A stretch of 64,000 nt of DNA from contig OZ176055.1 of the NCBI GenBank assembly GCA_964247055.1, forward strand, positions 6,696,001 through 6,760,000, given 5' to 3'. Each line of letters opens with the position of its first letter. The stretch's first letter is position 1. Positions 1 to 14,100 of this stretch are shown in pieces. The stretch comes from Paragordius varius. Taxonomy: Eukaryota > Animalia > Nematomorpha. Both the position numbers and the translations under genes were made by a program. The notes below the pieces were generated by a model, which made no database searches, had not been told where the DNA came from, and saw only the letters and a list, made by a program, of their open reading frames with translations.

Positions 1-47
1 ACCTCTCGCATGCTAAGCGAGCGCTCTACCATATGAGCTAATCCCCC
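1..47 (-). tRNA. tRNA-Ala(AGC), 5' part; 3' part lies beyond the left edge of the window
   Basis: Reverse complement reads GGGGGATTAGCTCATATGGTAGAGCGCTCGCTTAGCATGCGAGAGGT, the conserved eukaryotic tRNA-Ala acceptor/D-arm/anticodon arm with anticodon AGC. Confidence 0.93.
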
Positions 48-828
48 GATACACAAATGAGTAAAGATACCTGCATATAAATTCTAAATTAATATTGCAA
101 ACGATGTGGAGGTCGTAGCAAAATATTTTCCAATTTTCGTTTATGGTCACGAGATTCTGTGGATAAAAATTTTAATTGAATAAAAAATTTTCGATTTTAA
201 CTCATTTTACGACTATCTTACCATCGATTCTTGTCGTGATTCAAGCGAATAATAAAAATAATTCCCAAACGGCTAGCTGTGATAAGAGGCAATTTAAAAA
301 TACCATGCTCAAAAAATTTAAGTTTAGGCCAACAAATATTTATATTAAAATAAAAATATACCAGGTTTATTCATATAGTTGGAAACTTTATTATAATCGC
401 TACCTAGCTACGGATTTTAACCAAACTGGTTAAAACTATATTTAAAAAATTATTTAAACGACAACACTCCACACGAGACCACGTTGTCTCTAAAAACCAT
501 ATAAATTGACCCAGGTGTGAAAAATAAATAAATAAAAGTTTTTGTGGACCGTGGTGAGCGGAGTTTAGTCTAATACATTAAATTAAAAATAAATTTGACC
601 GTTTTATTATTTAAAAAAATTCATATAAAAATTTGGAAAAAAATATATTAATAATGTTAACATAGGGGTATCCAAAAAAGGGTGTCTTTGGCATGCCCTC
701 TACGGAGGTAGGGAAAATGATAAAAACATACTTAATATAAAATTTATTGATTATAATCATTACCGAAACAAGTTTAAAAGGTTAATATATTTTTTGCTGA
801 TTTTGTGCTTAATATAGTTCAAAATTAC

Positions 829-3800
829 TTTTGGGTCACCCGTCGTTCCTGAAGTGTACAATATATACAATGGGTGTTCGCCAGGTAATGGAATGCAATC
901 AATAGGTGGATGGCCAGAAACTTCGGTGGCCCAATCGGCATCAAATTTATTGTTGAATACATTTTTTTCTATTCCTTCAACCTGATGTTTATCCTAAAAA
1001 ATAATTATGAACCTATGTAAAATTACATGTAATAATATGATAAAGGGTCCCAACTGTTTATAAAAAACATACTTTAGGGGGATCTTTCCGTTGAAATATG
1101 AGACATTTAATGGGTGGCTGTTGGGAAAGTTTGATGGCTTGATCCATGATTGGTTTATAGGGGACAATGTGGGATGGTTCTATACCATACGTGGCGGTAA
1201 GTATAACTTTGGGCTAATTTCACAAATTTATATTGGGATGAGACATATTTTTTTAAATAATTATATATGGTTAAAATAAATACATTGGCATGCTTTATAC
1301 GGACTGAAAGTTCTTTAGCACCGAAACCGCCAAAAACTAGCGAGTGTATTGCACCGATCCTAGCACTAGCTAACATACCAATCACGGCCTGAGGAATCAT
1401 GGGCATGTATATGAGTATGCGATCGCCCGGTTCCACCCCACAACGTTTGAGGTAACCGGCAAGAGCACTTACCTTTAAACACATATTGATTTATATAATA
1501 CTCCCAGAGACTAAAATAGTACCGCCAAGACTTCAAATTAAAAATATATGTTTGTATCCTTGTTTTAAGTTTGAGTGTATAAATTTAATTAGTCCATAAA
1601 AATATGTTGTTTTACAAATGTTTTGAAAAAAAAAGGATTTGATTGTAAATAACAAATAATATCAGTCATTCGAACCGGGACCATTATTTGGTTTTGGGAA
1701 TTTTTCTAAACCTTTTGGTTTCTAAAAGTTAAAAAAAATTATTATCAATTAGCCTCGCTTTTTAGCATTTTTTTATTTTTTACATTAAAAAAAATATATT
1801 CCTTAGATGTTAAAATAATATTGGGTTTTTAATGATTCTTGTGCTTATCATTAGGCAATTTGTAGATTTAAAAAAATATAAACCAAATTAAAACGATTTG
1901 ACCAAAAAAGAGGCTAGACAGAAACCATTTTTCCTTAAAAAACCATAAGACTATTTTGTCTGAAACAGTTTTTTAGAAATATATGTTGGATCAGAACCGA
2001 TGAATTATAAAAAAATCAACTCGTATCAATAATTTGAACACTAAAATATTTTCAAATTTATGTGTCGTTTATTTTGTACACATTTGACACCTATTTTAGC
2101 GTGTTCTAAAATTAACTCATATGCATAAATAATATTTATATTTTGGTAAAAAATTTGCTTTTTAATTCATCCAAATAAAGTTATTAAATATTAGTAACAT
2201 CACCTACTTGAGTTAATAATTCACCATAACTCAAAGTTTTGACACGTTGAGTCATTGGACTATCATAGATAAGAGCTGGTTGATTTGAAAATCCTTGTTC
2301 ACAATGTACATCAAGCGTATTGTAACACATGTTAAATTTACCACCAACAAACCTGTATATTATTATATATAAGTCAGTAAGTATAAACAAGTATATAATA
2401 TATATACAGCCAGAGTAAGTATACATTGCTAAAAAGTTATTAATTCTTGTCAAGTAGCATATACAACAAAGGGCAGTAATATTGGCTTCTAGTTATTTTT
2501 TCACTTTTTACTATTATTAACCAATATTAATTCTCTTTGCTGCACATGCTTGGTAATAATTAAAAAATTTATAGCAAAATATACCTACTCATACTGTATA
2601 TATATCAAGTTTTATATATTTTGATGATTTATTAATGTAGCTTTTACAATAAAATCAAAAATACAGTTTTTAGTATAGTTAATTTCGAAAAAATGCTATG
2701 TATGACCTTGAAATGGTATCAGTAAGCTAAGGCCAAACTAATTTTAAAAATTATTTATAAATGATTAAATTGACTGTTTTAGTAATATTTAATTCTGGTA
2801 AAATTTACAACTAGAGATTATACAACAATTATAAAGTATGTACTGAAAAGTTTAATCAAAAGAAATCCAAAAATAAAATGCATATATGTTTTAATTTTTC
2901 AAAATGCAAAGTATATCGAATATAATAATTGTGATATAATAGATAAAATAACCAGCTATTTTTGGCTATGCGGCCTTGGAGTTATTAATTTATTTTTTTC
3001 GGAAAGCTTCGGAACAATAATTCAAAATTGTAACTAATTTCAATATTAATTTATTTTTCGGAATTTAAAACGCGTTTGATATGGTTATTTTTCAATTATA
3101 GAATTTATTAAATGACCAGAATTTCCAGCTTTCTTGGCTTCTGCTACGGTTTTACTAATATGCATTGAAGATTTTATCGCTTTATTTTAATTCCCAATTT
3201 AGAGAAATTTAATGTGCCAAATAAATTATGAAAAATTTAATAAATATATTTAAGTAAATGCTTTGTCCTAACTTACATCGAGGCGGCAAAAAATTTTGTT
3301 AGAAGACACAGGAATATGACATTGTATTAGCCTGTTATGATGACCAGATTTGTCAAAAATTATTGGTTTATACTTATTTATATTTATATATCCTTTTTAA
3401 ACAAGATTTGATTATCAAAATATTCGTGCATAACCTGCAAAAAATCTTGGTGTGTTCTCATGCTTGTATTGTATTGTCGCCTTGAAACAAAAAAGTCATT
3501 TTATTCGACACCTCAGAGTACCATTGGCTTAAATGAATTGGAAATCGTAAATTTAACAAATTTCTCCATTATCCAATAATAATTACTCAAACAAATTTAA
3601 AAGTTAATTGGTGGGCCATTCTATTTTTTATTAAAAATTTAAATTAAACCAATCGTGTTATTATTGTGTGACTATAAACTGTATTTGATATAGAATGGGA
3701 ATATATATTAAATTTTAGTTTTAATTACTCTATAAATAAATAGCATTTAAAGTTTTAAGCTATTTTTATTATTATCATTATAAAAACATGCTATAAAATA

Positions 3801-4396
3801 AATATAAAAGAATTTGATTCTAACATTCGATATGTTATTTCCAATTTTTTTACATAATATAATATTGTGTTACGCCGCAACTTTCTTCCGGCATATTATA
3901 TATGTTGTTTGAGTATTATTGTTATCAATTTTTATATTTATAATTTTTATTTTTATGTTTCACACTGATCGATTATATCATTTTTTTAAAATTATTATGA
4001 TGATTATTGACATTACATTATATTATGACATCAAAAAATATGATAACACTTTCACAAAAAATTGGTTAACAGCCAAATTTTAATATAGGTTGTTTTGAAT
4101 TTGCAGATTTTATTATCTTTAATAATATATATGTCATACCATTTTATAAAGGGGCTTTTAGATTGATCCAATGTTGTGTGCCACATTGAGTGCCAATAAA
4201 GATTTTTTGCCACAGATTCCCAAAAAAGATCGGGGTTTTCAATGCTAAACTTATATTGATAATTATAGTCTTTGTTTGATTTGTCAAAATTATAAAAGTC
4301 CCGTTCATCTTGAAATTTTTGAAAACTAACTGTTCGACATATCAAATCATTATTTATATATCTTTTAAGCTGATGTGGTTTTAAAAATTTAAGCAT
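829..4396 (-). CDS. ACSS3: Acyl-CoA synthetase short-chain family member 3-like (mitochondrial); five 5' exons, 3' half not found in the window
   Basis: Exons 4396-4140, 2352-2208, 1472-1284, 1213-1073 and 993-829 join in frame across GT-AG introns. They give [11 protein letters not shown]...[15 protein letters not shown]...[46 protein letters not shown] and the AMP-binding motif [16 protein letters not shown]. Confidence 0.88.
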
Positions 4397-5149
4397 TATA
4401 TGTTTAAAATTTAAATTTAAATAGCAATGAATGTATGGGAAAGATATATGATATATGATTAAATATAAAAATTAATAAAAATAGAATTGCGCGAAACAAA
4501 TAGATGAGCGTTAGAATTATTAAAATTTTTTTAAAAATCTTGAATGTTATAAATGTAAAAATCAAATTAATAATATGATAATTGAATGAACAAAAAATAA
4601 AGCTTAAAGGCAATAATTAATTAAGGTTTTCATAAAAATGCTTAGGTATGTGAGGTATTTATTTATTTGTGCAAGCGGGATAAATATTTTTTGTTGAGAG
4701 AGGCTTCAAGTTTAGCATATTATGTCTGTTCGTGCGAATATTTAAAATTAATATATTTCTTTCAAGAGTAGGCAGAACTCGTTTGGCTTTAACTGGTTTG
4801 GCTTTGTATACAACTTTATTGATTTGATTTAAATTGGGGAAACTAACCCTAGACAAAGTTGGTATTTTTAAAAACCTAATGAAAAAACGATTTAAATGTA
4901 AATTTATGCTTTTATCCCAATAAAGATTATATAAAGAAGCCAAATTATCTAAATAAAATTAATTTTAAAAAAAGTTACGTATCAAACTACTTCGAGGCTT
5001 TATTTAAAATATTTTAGCAAAATATCTGTTTATTTGATTCTAAGGCCTAAGGCCAAAATTAAGTGTACTTTTTTATTTGAATCACATTTAATTGATATAA
5101 ACACAGAAATTGGTATATTTTGCATTATTTATATATTTAGCTAATGCAC

Positions 5150-5335
5150 GGTTGGCATGTTGGCTAAGTAATATCAAGTATTTTTGAATAAATATTCTTT
5201 ATATTTCGGTTCATTGAAGTTGTATATGTGGAAACTTTTGCCATGGTTTCAATATATACCATATTTTTGAATTATTTAATTTTTAACAAGCCTTGGGTAT
5301 CCAACTACCCCAATTTGAATCGAAGGACTAAAATG
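5150..5335. mobile_element. Partial copy (one end) of the piggyBac-like MITE family also at 31582-32160 and ~43545-44119
   Basis: Shares TAATATCAAGTATTTTTGAATAAAT...TTTTGCCATGGTTTC...TACCCCAATTTGAATCGAAGGACTAAAATG with the other two copies. Confidence 0.7.
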
Positions 5336-5428
5336 GTTTTTAGTAATTTATTGCTATTACACTGAATAGTATTTCAGTAAAATTGTTGATAGTCATTAGA
5401 CTTATGAACAATTACATTTAATAATATA

Positions 5429-5762
5429 CCATTTTCAATTCAAATTCACCCTTAAACGATTCAAAGTCATCCTGGAACGATTTAAATTGTACCTAGAAAC
5501 AAATTAACCCTAAAAACAAATTATGTGTTTTCAGGATAATATAACTCATTAATATGAAATATATCTTAATGGCATAGTTTATTATTTTTTCACTATTATT
5601 CTTATTATAAACAAAATTTCATTTTTTTAAAAAAAATATAAGTAATTTTTTAATCTTAAACACTTAATTTATTGGAGGGTGAATTTGAATTGTTCAAAGG
5701 TAGATTTGAATTGCTCGAGGGTGAATTTGAATTGTTTAAAGGTGAGTTTGGACTGTAAATGG
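5429..5762. mobile_element. TA-flanked MITE with CCATTT termini and subterminal ~21-bp repeats
   Basis: TA|CCATTTTCAATTCAAATTCACCC ... GGTGAGTTTGGACTGTAAATGG|TA, with four ~21-bp AGGGTGAATTTGAATTG units at ~5677-5760. The interior is the reverse complement of 20346-20592. Confidence 0.75.
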
Positions 5763-6289
5763 TATGTGTTTTTTGTGGTTTCATTCAACGATGATTAATT
5801 ACTACATTAAAATAGCGTGTGTTAGATACAAAATTATACTAATCAAACCAATATTTGCTACACAGTGTACACAAATAAATATCTTGATATATATATATTC
5901 TGAAGGAAAATGTGTCAGCATTAGAATTTTTTTAGATTTTACCTTTACTAGTGATTTAAGAAAATTATTAAAAGTTTTATGTTAAGTGCTCCATATCAGA
6001 AAATGGCTAAATTTAGGCACTTAACAATAAATATATTTTTGTGGAAACTAAATAGTTTCAAATATTATCACTAAATATCATATATATATATATATATAAA
6101 GTAAGACATTATTTTTTTAATTTTAAGATGTGAAATTCCTAAATTTTTTTATTCTCCTTAAATGGGCCAATGATTTTTAAACCAATGCAAAAGTGCAGAG
6201 ATTGTGCGATTAAATAAATCCTAGCATGACCATAATATTTTTTTCAAAAATACATTTTTCAAATATGCAAAATGTTGTTGTAGCGTGGA

Positions 6290-6580
6290 TACTATTTGGA
6301 AGCATGATAGAAACGGTATAAAAACGCTTAAAATATTATACAAATACTTTGATAATTCGATAATTCTAAACATCTCTATAATTATTATTAAATTATTTGT
6401 TTGCCACCAAATTTTAATATAAATGGTTTAATAAAAATCAAAATTTAGAAGGAAACGAACCCTAATATTAAAATCAAGAGATAAAAATGTTCAGCATCCT
6501 CGTGTATGGAAAAAGTGTTTAATATCTCAAAGCGTTTATACCGTTACCATGCTTCAATTAGGAAGTATGTTTCAAAAAAT
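6290..6580. repeat. Degenerate foldback/MITE-like repeat; related sequence at ~15840-15950
   Basis: GGAAGCATGATAGAAACGGTATAAAAACGCTT (~6298-6329) is an imperfect inverted repeat of AAGCGTTTATACCGTTACCATGCTTC (~6530-6556). A similar ACGGTATAAAAGCGCT motif occurs at ~15912. Confidence 0.45.
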
Positions 6581-8121
6581 TTTTTGCTAAAAATTATATA
6601 TGTTAGGTATGCATTTTTTAATAAATGTTTTTAGTTGATATTAAAATATTATTTAGCATATGTTTAAAATTTTTATTGATCCACATCGGAATATTTGCGT
6701 TTATTTTCAAACTTCATGACCTTTTTGGGGTAATTTTCCAAGAGCGATTTGAAAATGTTATATTTTAAAGCATCCAAGACATTAATATGCTTTCTTTAAC
6801 CTTTTAGCGCATTATGTAAGAATTAAAATATTATATGGTAAAAAAATACTCATCTCAGAGTTTATCACCGCTATTCTTATCTTGAAATATTTTTAAACCC
6901 CTCATGTAACAAGCAAATAAATGTTTATTATGGTTATAGAAAATTATTAACTTTTAAAAACTCCCAAGCTACATTTTACCAGCAAACAGTTAATATATTT
7001 TTATCAGCTATTCGTTACAATCATGTTTTGGATCTGTCCCAATATTATCTACAAGTCACAAAACTGTAAAAATATAAGCTTGTTTATCTAATACATGAGA
7101 ACAATGTTTGATAATTTTTTAACTAAAATAATTTTCAAAGCAGTAGTTTATTTACAAAATTGAGCTCTGGGATCTAAAAATACCCCAAGTTGTCAACTAG
7201 GATCAAAAAGTGCAAAACCCAATGGTGAAAGATATTGAATTCTAAAATTTATCAACCAAATTTTACTGTCTACATTTACAGACTAATTATCTAATTATAA
7301 TGATTTTAATTAACACGATATTTATTTTAAGACTAAAAAATTGATATTATAAACAGTTAGCGGCAAAATTGATTTGGATACAAAGCGTGTGTTTACATAA
7401 TATTATTTTAAGTCCTTAGATTATGTGTGAACATTTTATAATAGCAAGAAAACCTTTTTAAAATTCGTATATAGATCATCAAGCTCTTATATTGAATTGA
7501 TTCCATATGGACCATTTCAACTTCAAGACGATTTTTATTTAATTACAGTTTTAGAACATCTTTTAGTATCGCTAATATTTTAAATCGTTAAAATATGAAA
7601 TATTCATATCATTTTTCAAACACTTGCGTATATCTCTTTTCAAAAAATTTTTTAATTTTTTTTCGGACTTAAAAAGTTTTTTCATTAAAATAATTCACGA
7701 TTAATTTAATAAGTTGGTTAAATTTTATGGAGTTACGATTAAATCAAAATCTGAAAATCGCAGATCCTCCTTATTCGGGCGCAAAAGCTCATTACAAGGG
7801 GGTCCTGATAATACATTTCCTATCAAAATGCATATTTTAGCATGGTAATATGCCATTCATAGTATTTCTTAGCGCTAATTAAAAATTGTTTGTGCTAGAT
7901 ATTTTAAGAAGAACATATATGGGAGTATGCATTTATCTACAAAGAATGCACATATTTTCATTGTATTTTATTTAAAATCGGCGCCCCCTATAATAACGTA
8001 AAAATTATAAAAGTTGCAATTAACCGAGAATAATATTTGGAGAAAATATTCCATAGATAATATGTCCTATATAATTAGATGGTTATTTATAAATATAATT
8101 TATTTGTAATCGTCACATTAA

Positions 8122-11100
8122 CTAAAAACGATAAACTGGGTGTTGTAAATCTTCAAAATTTAGGGGCCTAGTGTAATCACGAGTTTTGCTATTCATAAAT
8201 TCGGTATCTGTGTGGAAAGTTTCAATATTTGTTGCGTCAGGTAAAAAATTAAAAGTCACGGGTAATTTTGATAAAGCAGAGTTACCTAAAAAGTATTATA
8301 AAATGGATTAAAAACTATAAAAAATGTTTACATAAACATCAATTAACAATAATTAAACTTACCTAATTCGACTTCTAACCATTTTAACCAAAGTAGCAAT
8401 TCCTTTTGCTTTTTGGTATTATAGGCTTTTCGGGCTGCTTCGTTTTCATGTACCAAAAAATTGGGGATTTTAACTATTATGAAAATAAATAAAAATTTCA
8501 TATAAAATAAGATTAAAGTTCAAACGGAATATATAATTCTTTCCACACAGGAAATGTATTTGGATAAAGAAGTAGGCTAATTATGCGCAAAATTGTGAGA
8601 GATAAAAAAGATGTGCGGCAATTTAGTTATACATTTATATAACATATCTTATGTATCGGTTAATTCTAAACGATTTCATCCTTAAAATTTTTCCCAGTTG
8701 TTTTAAAAATTTTTCAGGGATATAAAATTAAATTATATTGGTATAAAATCCAAGTTATTTATATCCAAATTGTAGACGTATAAAAAGTTATGCACTTATA
8801 AAAAAACAATTTTGACCTGGTTCATCATAGAGGTGTTGAAATGTGTCCTTATTTTCACCAAAGGTTGTGATTTGAGATGCCTTTTTTGGCCCAAACAAAA
8901 TGATATCCCACTTATAAAAAGGATAACGGTCAAGATAAGATTTGCCCATTCGCATTTGCAATTTTTCTTTTTCCTGTTCCTTGATTAAATCATCTTTATT
9001 CATGAAAGCAATTGAGGGTAAATGGCTATTATTGTTATCTTCATTCTTACTTGGCAAATTTAAAGCGTTTCCTGACGCTGGTAAAGTTAGTTTGGATTGA
9101 TCTGGTAAAAAATCATTTCATATTTGATATTTTATAAGAATTTATAATATAGTAGGAAGAGTTGCGGTTTTTGACCGATCAAAAACTAATAACCGGTTTA
9201 ACATTGCTTATGACGAATACATTCGTTCATGGTTATAAGCAGTCATCAATAAATGTACTAAATTTATCCGTTAGGATAGTAATTGTGTGAAAATCTGATA
9301 AAATTTAGGTTTTATGCCATTAATTTACATTAAATTTAGGTTTCATAACATTTTTTTATATTTTCAGTCACATGATAAAAATTATTTCGAATTTTATGAT
9401 TGGTTATTTTTATAAACGTTTATAACCACACTTGTAGTAATAAACGGTCAGACCTAACCCTAATAGTTGTATAAAAATATAACCTTCTCCCGTGGCAATT
9501 AATTGTTGCTTTGATAATTCCTTTGGGTGGTCCTTTGAGGAAGGATTTCTTAAAAACGGAGGTAAAGTGTCTGGATCGTGTGAAAATTCTGTCATGATTA
9601 ACAGCAAAATTTAAAATTTATAAAGACAAATCATAGAAATTAAAAAACAAAACACAGCCATATGTTTTTGAACCTTAATTATATATCGGTTATATGATTA
9701 CAATCAAATATATAATAGAGTTTGTCACTAATTTACGCCCTTTACTCCTTATTCGCAACTTAAAATGATCGCTAACATTAAAAAATGTATTAACAAATTT
9801 TTCCAAAAAATAGTCGCCCATTAGTTCAATTTAAGTTTTGTTTAATAAAATTTTAATGTAATAATATAAATACTAAAAAATTTGAGATCAAATAAACCCA
9901 AAATATAATTAAAATTAAAGCGTTTAACAAAAAAATTGATACTACCATAGTTTTGGAAAAAACGTGTCCCAAACTCTGTAATAAAATTTCCCCTATTATT
10001 CATGGATAATTTTTCGTCAGCGACATCAATTTCCTTATTATCTTTGAATGTTTTCCCAAAATGACTAGTGTGGTTATTTTTCCAATCGTTATTATTATTA
10101 TTATTATCCAAGGTGGTTTTATTTTCATTATTTCCCTCATAACCAAAAGCGGAATCCAGATCTGAACGGAAACAAACAACGGCTAAAATTTTGGACATGT
10201 CTGGCGTTTGGATATAAGCCATCCCATTTGACTCCACACAGGGGAAGGCGGTCTGCGGTGTATCCAAAGTATTGAAATAGGGCAACAATTCCCTCGAATC
10301 TTTATATTAAAAATGCATAATATAAACTAGTGATGTTAAGGACGTAGCCCCCATGAAAACTTTAGAAAATTATTTAATATATATGAAACTCTAAATTTGA
10401 AAAACTATGATTTTTAAGTAATATAATACATCTTAAAATTTAAATATAATTGTGTCGTCATTCCTAATTTTGGCAACAAACAAGTAAAGATTGTGAAATA
10501 ACCAATAGTTATGTTCTTTTAGTATACAGTCTTATGTTTAAAATCTAATAAAATATATATATAATGCGGCCCACAAAACCATATATGTTAGGCATACCTG
10601 TTGTGAAAAATTTCTTTTTATTTTAATTTACAAACAAAAAATAAATCATACCATCAAAATTACGAGCGGTAAGACACATCTTTTCTTCAATTTCTTTACG
10701 TTCTGATTCATTAAGTTGTGCTTTCAAAATGAAATGTTTTATGGGTTTGGCATTAACCCAAATAATGTGTGGACCTTCAACCGATAAGGTTACCTACGCA
10801 AAAAAATTCATATAAAAGAGACAATAAAAAGATTTTTATGCATGAATAATAATTATTTTTGCTATATAAACCTTTTCGCAAGAAGCGCCATCTTTTTCTT
10901 GTTTCCCGCTTATGACTGCTAAATCGGCCAATAACTTTTTTTGATCAGGGCTTTGAGAAGTTACAAATAACCAATGGCGGTTTTTACCATCATTTCCAAT
11001 TTCTTGGAAATTTGGATTTTGTTTATCATTTTTATTATTGCTGATAATATGGTGATTGGGAAAATTGTCATTTGTGCCAACATTGTCAATATCATTGCAA

Positions 11101-14100
11101 TTCAAGGGTTGTGTATAAAATTCTGGTAAAAACGTGGATGATGAATTGCGCATTTGTTTGATCATTAATGCACTAGCGGTTATTTGAGGGGAATAAAAAT
11201 CTTTCGGTTTCTTTGCCATATAACTGTCATCAATCAAGTTACTGCTCTAAAAGATAGAATCATTATGATGTAATAATTTAAAAAATTAAATGGACAATAA
11301 TTTGTTTGTTGTAATTAAAAAACTTGATATTTTTGGAGTTGAGTAATACGTTGACGTATTTGTTTAGTGGTACTTGTATCACAACACAGTCGAGCAATTG
11401 AAAATGTAGAAAACTGATTCAAACAAGGGGTAGTAGAAAAAATAGGTTCATTTCCCACATTCATTTGTTCTGTTGTTTCAGTATTTGAATTATGCATATT
11501 TTTTTCGGTTTTATAGACAGGATTATTGGAATTTCTAATAACGTAGGGTATGTTGCCAGCATGATAATAGCAGGTATATATTTTAACTTGTCTATCCACT
11601 TCATCATGCATTCGACAAAGGGCGAATTGGACATGACTTAAAGTCATTATATCTGTGAGTAATTAATTAATTAAACATATAATAGATAAAAAAGGAATAG
11701 AAACGAAACGTATATTTTAGGGACATTGGCAATCGTTTTTGTGAAATCAAAATCATTAATTAACAAATAAAGGACATTAATCCCGTGATCTTAAAAAGGC
11801 AAACAAATAACCCACTAACCCGTAGTATGTTGACAAAACATTAAAAGATATAATTGATACCCTCGATGCTGTGTGTTAAAAACAAGTTTAATAATTTTAG
11901 AATAATATGATGTAATATCAGCAAATTAATATAATTTTATTAATGAATTTTCGTTAAATTCCTCAAACTTCTTCGAATCAACACAAAAATAAAATTAAAA
12001 TAAAGATACATATTATTATAAATAAAAATAAAGATGTATAGGTTAAAAAACAACAAACCTTTAAGCCTATCAGCATAAATTTTTTGTTTGCTATCCCTAC
12101 TGAATCGCGATTTATCGTGGTTTTCATTATTTGTGCCGCTTTGATTTGGAGAATTTTTTGCCGCCGCCCTAAAACCTCTTTGATCTTCATTACCGACGGC
12201 TAAATCAGCTGTAAAAGCCCTAAATATTTCATCCTCGAGGTAAGAAAGATTTTTTAGACCCAAGTAGGGATCAACCCATTTATATTTATTGAACCAATAC
12301 ATCATTCGACGAAATTTACGAAGTGTGTGAGTCCATTCCCCAAAACGTTCCCTTAGTATCTCATACATTTCTTCATCTGGCATTATTTCTGTATAAGAGG
12401 GCAATAATTATATTTGAAAGATCAAGGATTGTTACCCCGATGTAATGGGTTAAATAATAAGCCCATTATCTACACATAACCGCTTTTAAATAAAAAGGTT
12501 CAAAAAAACATTTTTGATTTTATTTTGTATTTTGTATGATATGAGGTAAGTATATTTATCGTTTTTGTTACACATAATAATTTAATACCTAGTAAATGTG
12601 TTTTTTTAATAATAGAAATGTTTTTAGAAAAATGAAAAAGTATTTACAATCAGAATGAGCTTATAAGTTAGCCATTTTTAAAAGGGACAATTATTTGTTA
12701 CACTCAAACATTTCTTTGTGTTATACACAAAGAAAATAAAATTACAAAAAATCACATTTTTAAATTAATATATTAATAAATGTCCTTGTCGGCATAAATC
12801 GTAAATAAACAAGCTTTGCATTATGTCGGTATAGTTTTATAGATTTGAGTGAATATGGATATTTGGATTCCATACTAATATTATATAAAAAATACCTTAC
12901 TATTTTATAATATCAAATTGTGTTACTCATAAAAAAATGATAAAATAAGAGGTTTGATTATTATATAATGGCGTTTATATGATATACTCAAATGATTCAT
13001 CTGATCCAATAGAGTTATTGCACAATGTTGTTGTTTGGGATAATGGAAAAATTCAATCTACAACAATAATCATGCTTAATATTAGTGTTTTTGCATAAAT
13101 ATTAAATTTTAATTTGCAATGAAACAGTTTGCATTTTAGGTGTTTTTACAATTAAAAATTAGTATATGGTCAAAATTTTACATTGGTCAAGTTTGCATGT
13201 ATAAATTTTTTTAGATTTAATTTTATGACTAAGATGTGGTCCTTACAATTAAACCATAAATTAATAATGATTTAGCTGGGACAAAATAATTTCCTTTTGA
13301 CGAAAATTTCAACTTAAAATCAAAAAAGCGATTCATATGTTTTTGAATAAACACATTTTAACTATATCACTTAAAAAAGGCGATATTTAATCTTCAAATA
13401 AAATAAGTATATTATTTCCAATAATAATGCTTTGTTAATGGGTATAATTGACAATATCCTATAAAAATAAATGTTAGTAGCATAAAAATAGCATTTTCAA
13501 CCTAACATCATTGTAATGTTCAAAAAACAAAAAAAATATTAAAAAAAATTACAACAATAATTCCAATACATATTATTCTCATATTAAAGATTGAATTTAG
13601 ATTAGTTTTGTCAGTAATAAATTATTCATGCATAAAAGATGTTATCTACGCTGAGTGGCACATTTTTTATGTAGCTAGTAATTATATTTATATACAATAT
13701 AGTTTGGCTTAAGAACTAAATTGCGAATACTACATGGGTGCTTAATTGGCATTATAACCTTTCAAACAATTTGCCCATGATCAATAATAAATTTATCAAA
13801 CTCCAAACGAAATTCTAGTTATATTCTCTCATTATCCATCCTGCGCATAGCGCTGAATGCTGGCCCATAATAAAGCCAAATCTTGGTAAAAACTCTGAAT
13901 CCGAAATACTCAAAACAAATCTTTTTTGTCATGATCCCAAACTCTATGATTTTGATTATCAACTCGATCTCCACAAAATGCTCAAAACACAGCACCTGAC
14001 CCCTTCGTAAGAGCCAAAAAGCAAAAATGGGCTGGTCACACCATCGTAACACCAGATACCTCCCAACAAGCTCAAATACTGAGAGGTTCAACTTCAGTAC

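Noticed and set aside
1467-1474. AG|GTAAGT at an ACSS3 exon start, resembling a recursive splice site
   Set aside because: The bases encode conserved VSALA residues and the upstream intron is only ~0.7 kb; probably coincidental.
3100-3560. GC-richer segment in ACSS3 intron 1 with faint Tc1-like peptide hints (LFQGDN, FLPP)
   Set aside because: Too degenerate, and no TIR or TSD was found.
829-4396. Possible bacterial prpE/acs horizontal transfer
   Set aside because: The gene has spliceosomal introns, a mitochondrial-type N-terminus and an ACSS3-like sequence; nothing requires HGT.
4659-4943. 94-aa minus-strand ORF upstream of ACSS3
   Set aside because: No ATG start, no recognisable motif and no consistent upstream exon; it cannot be supported, though it is not excluded.
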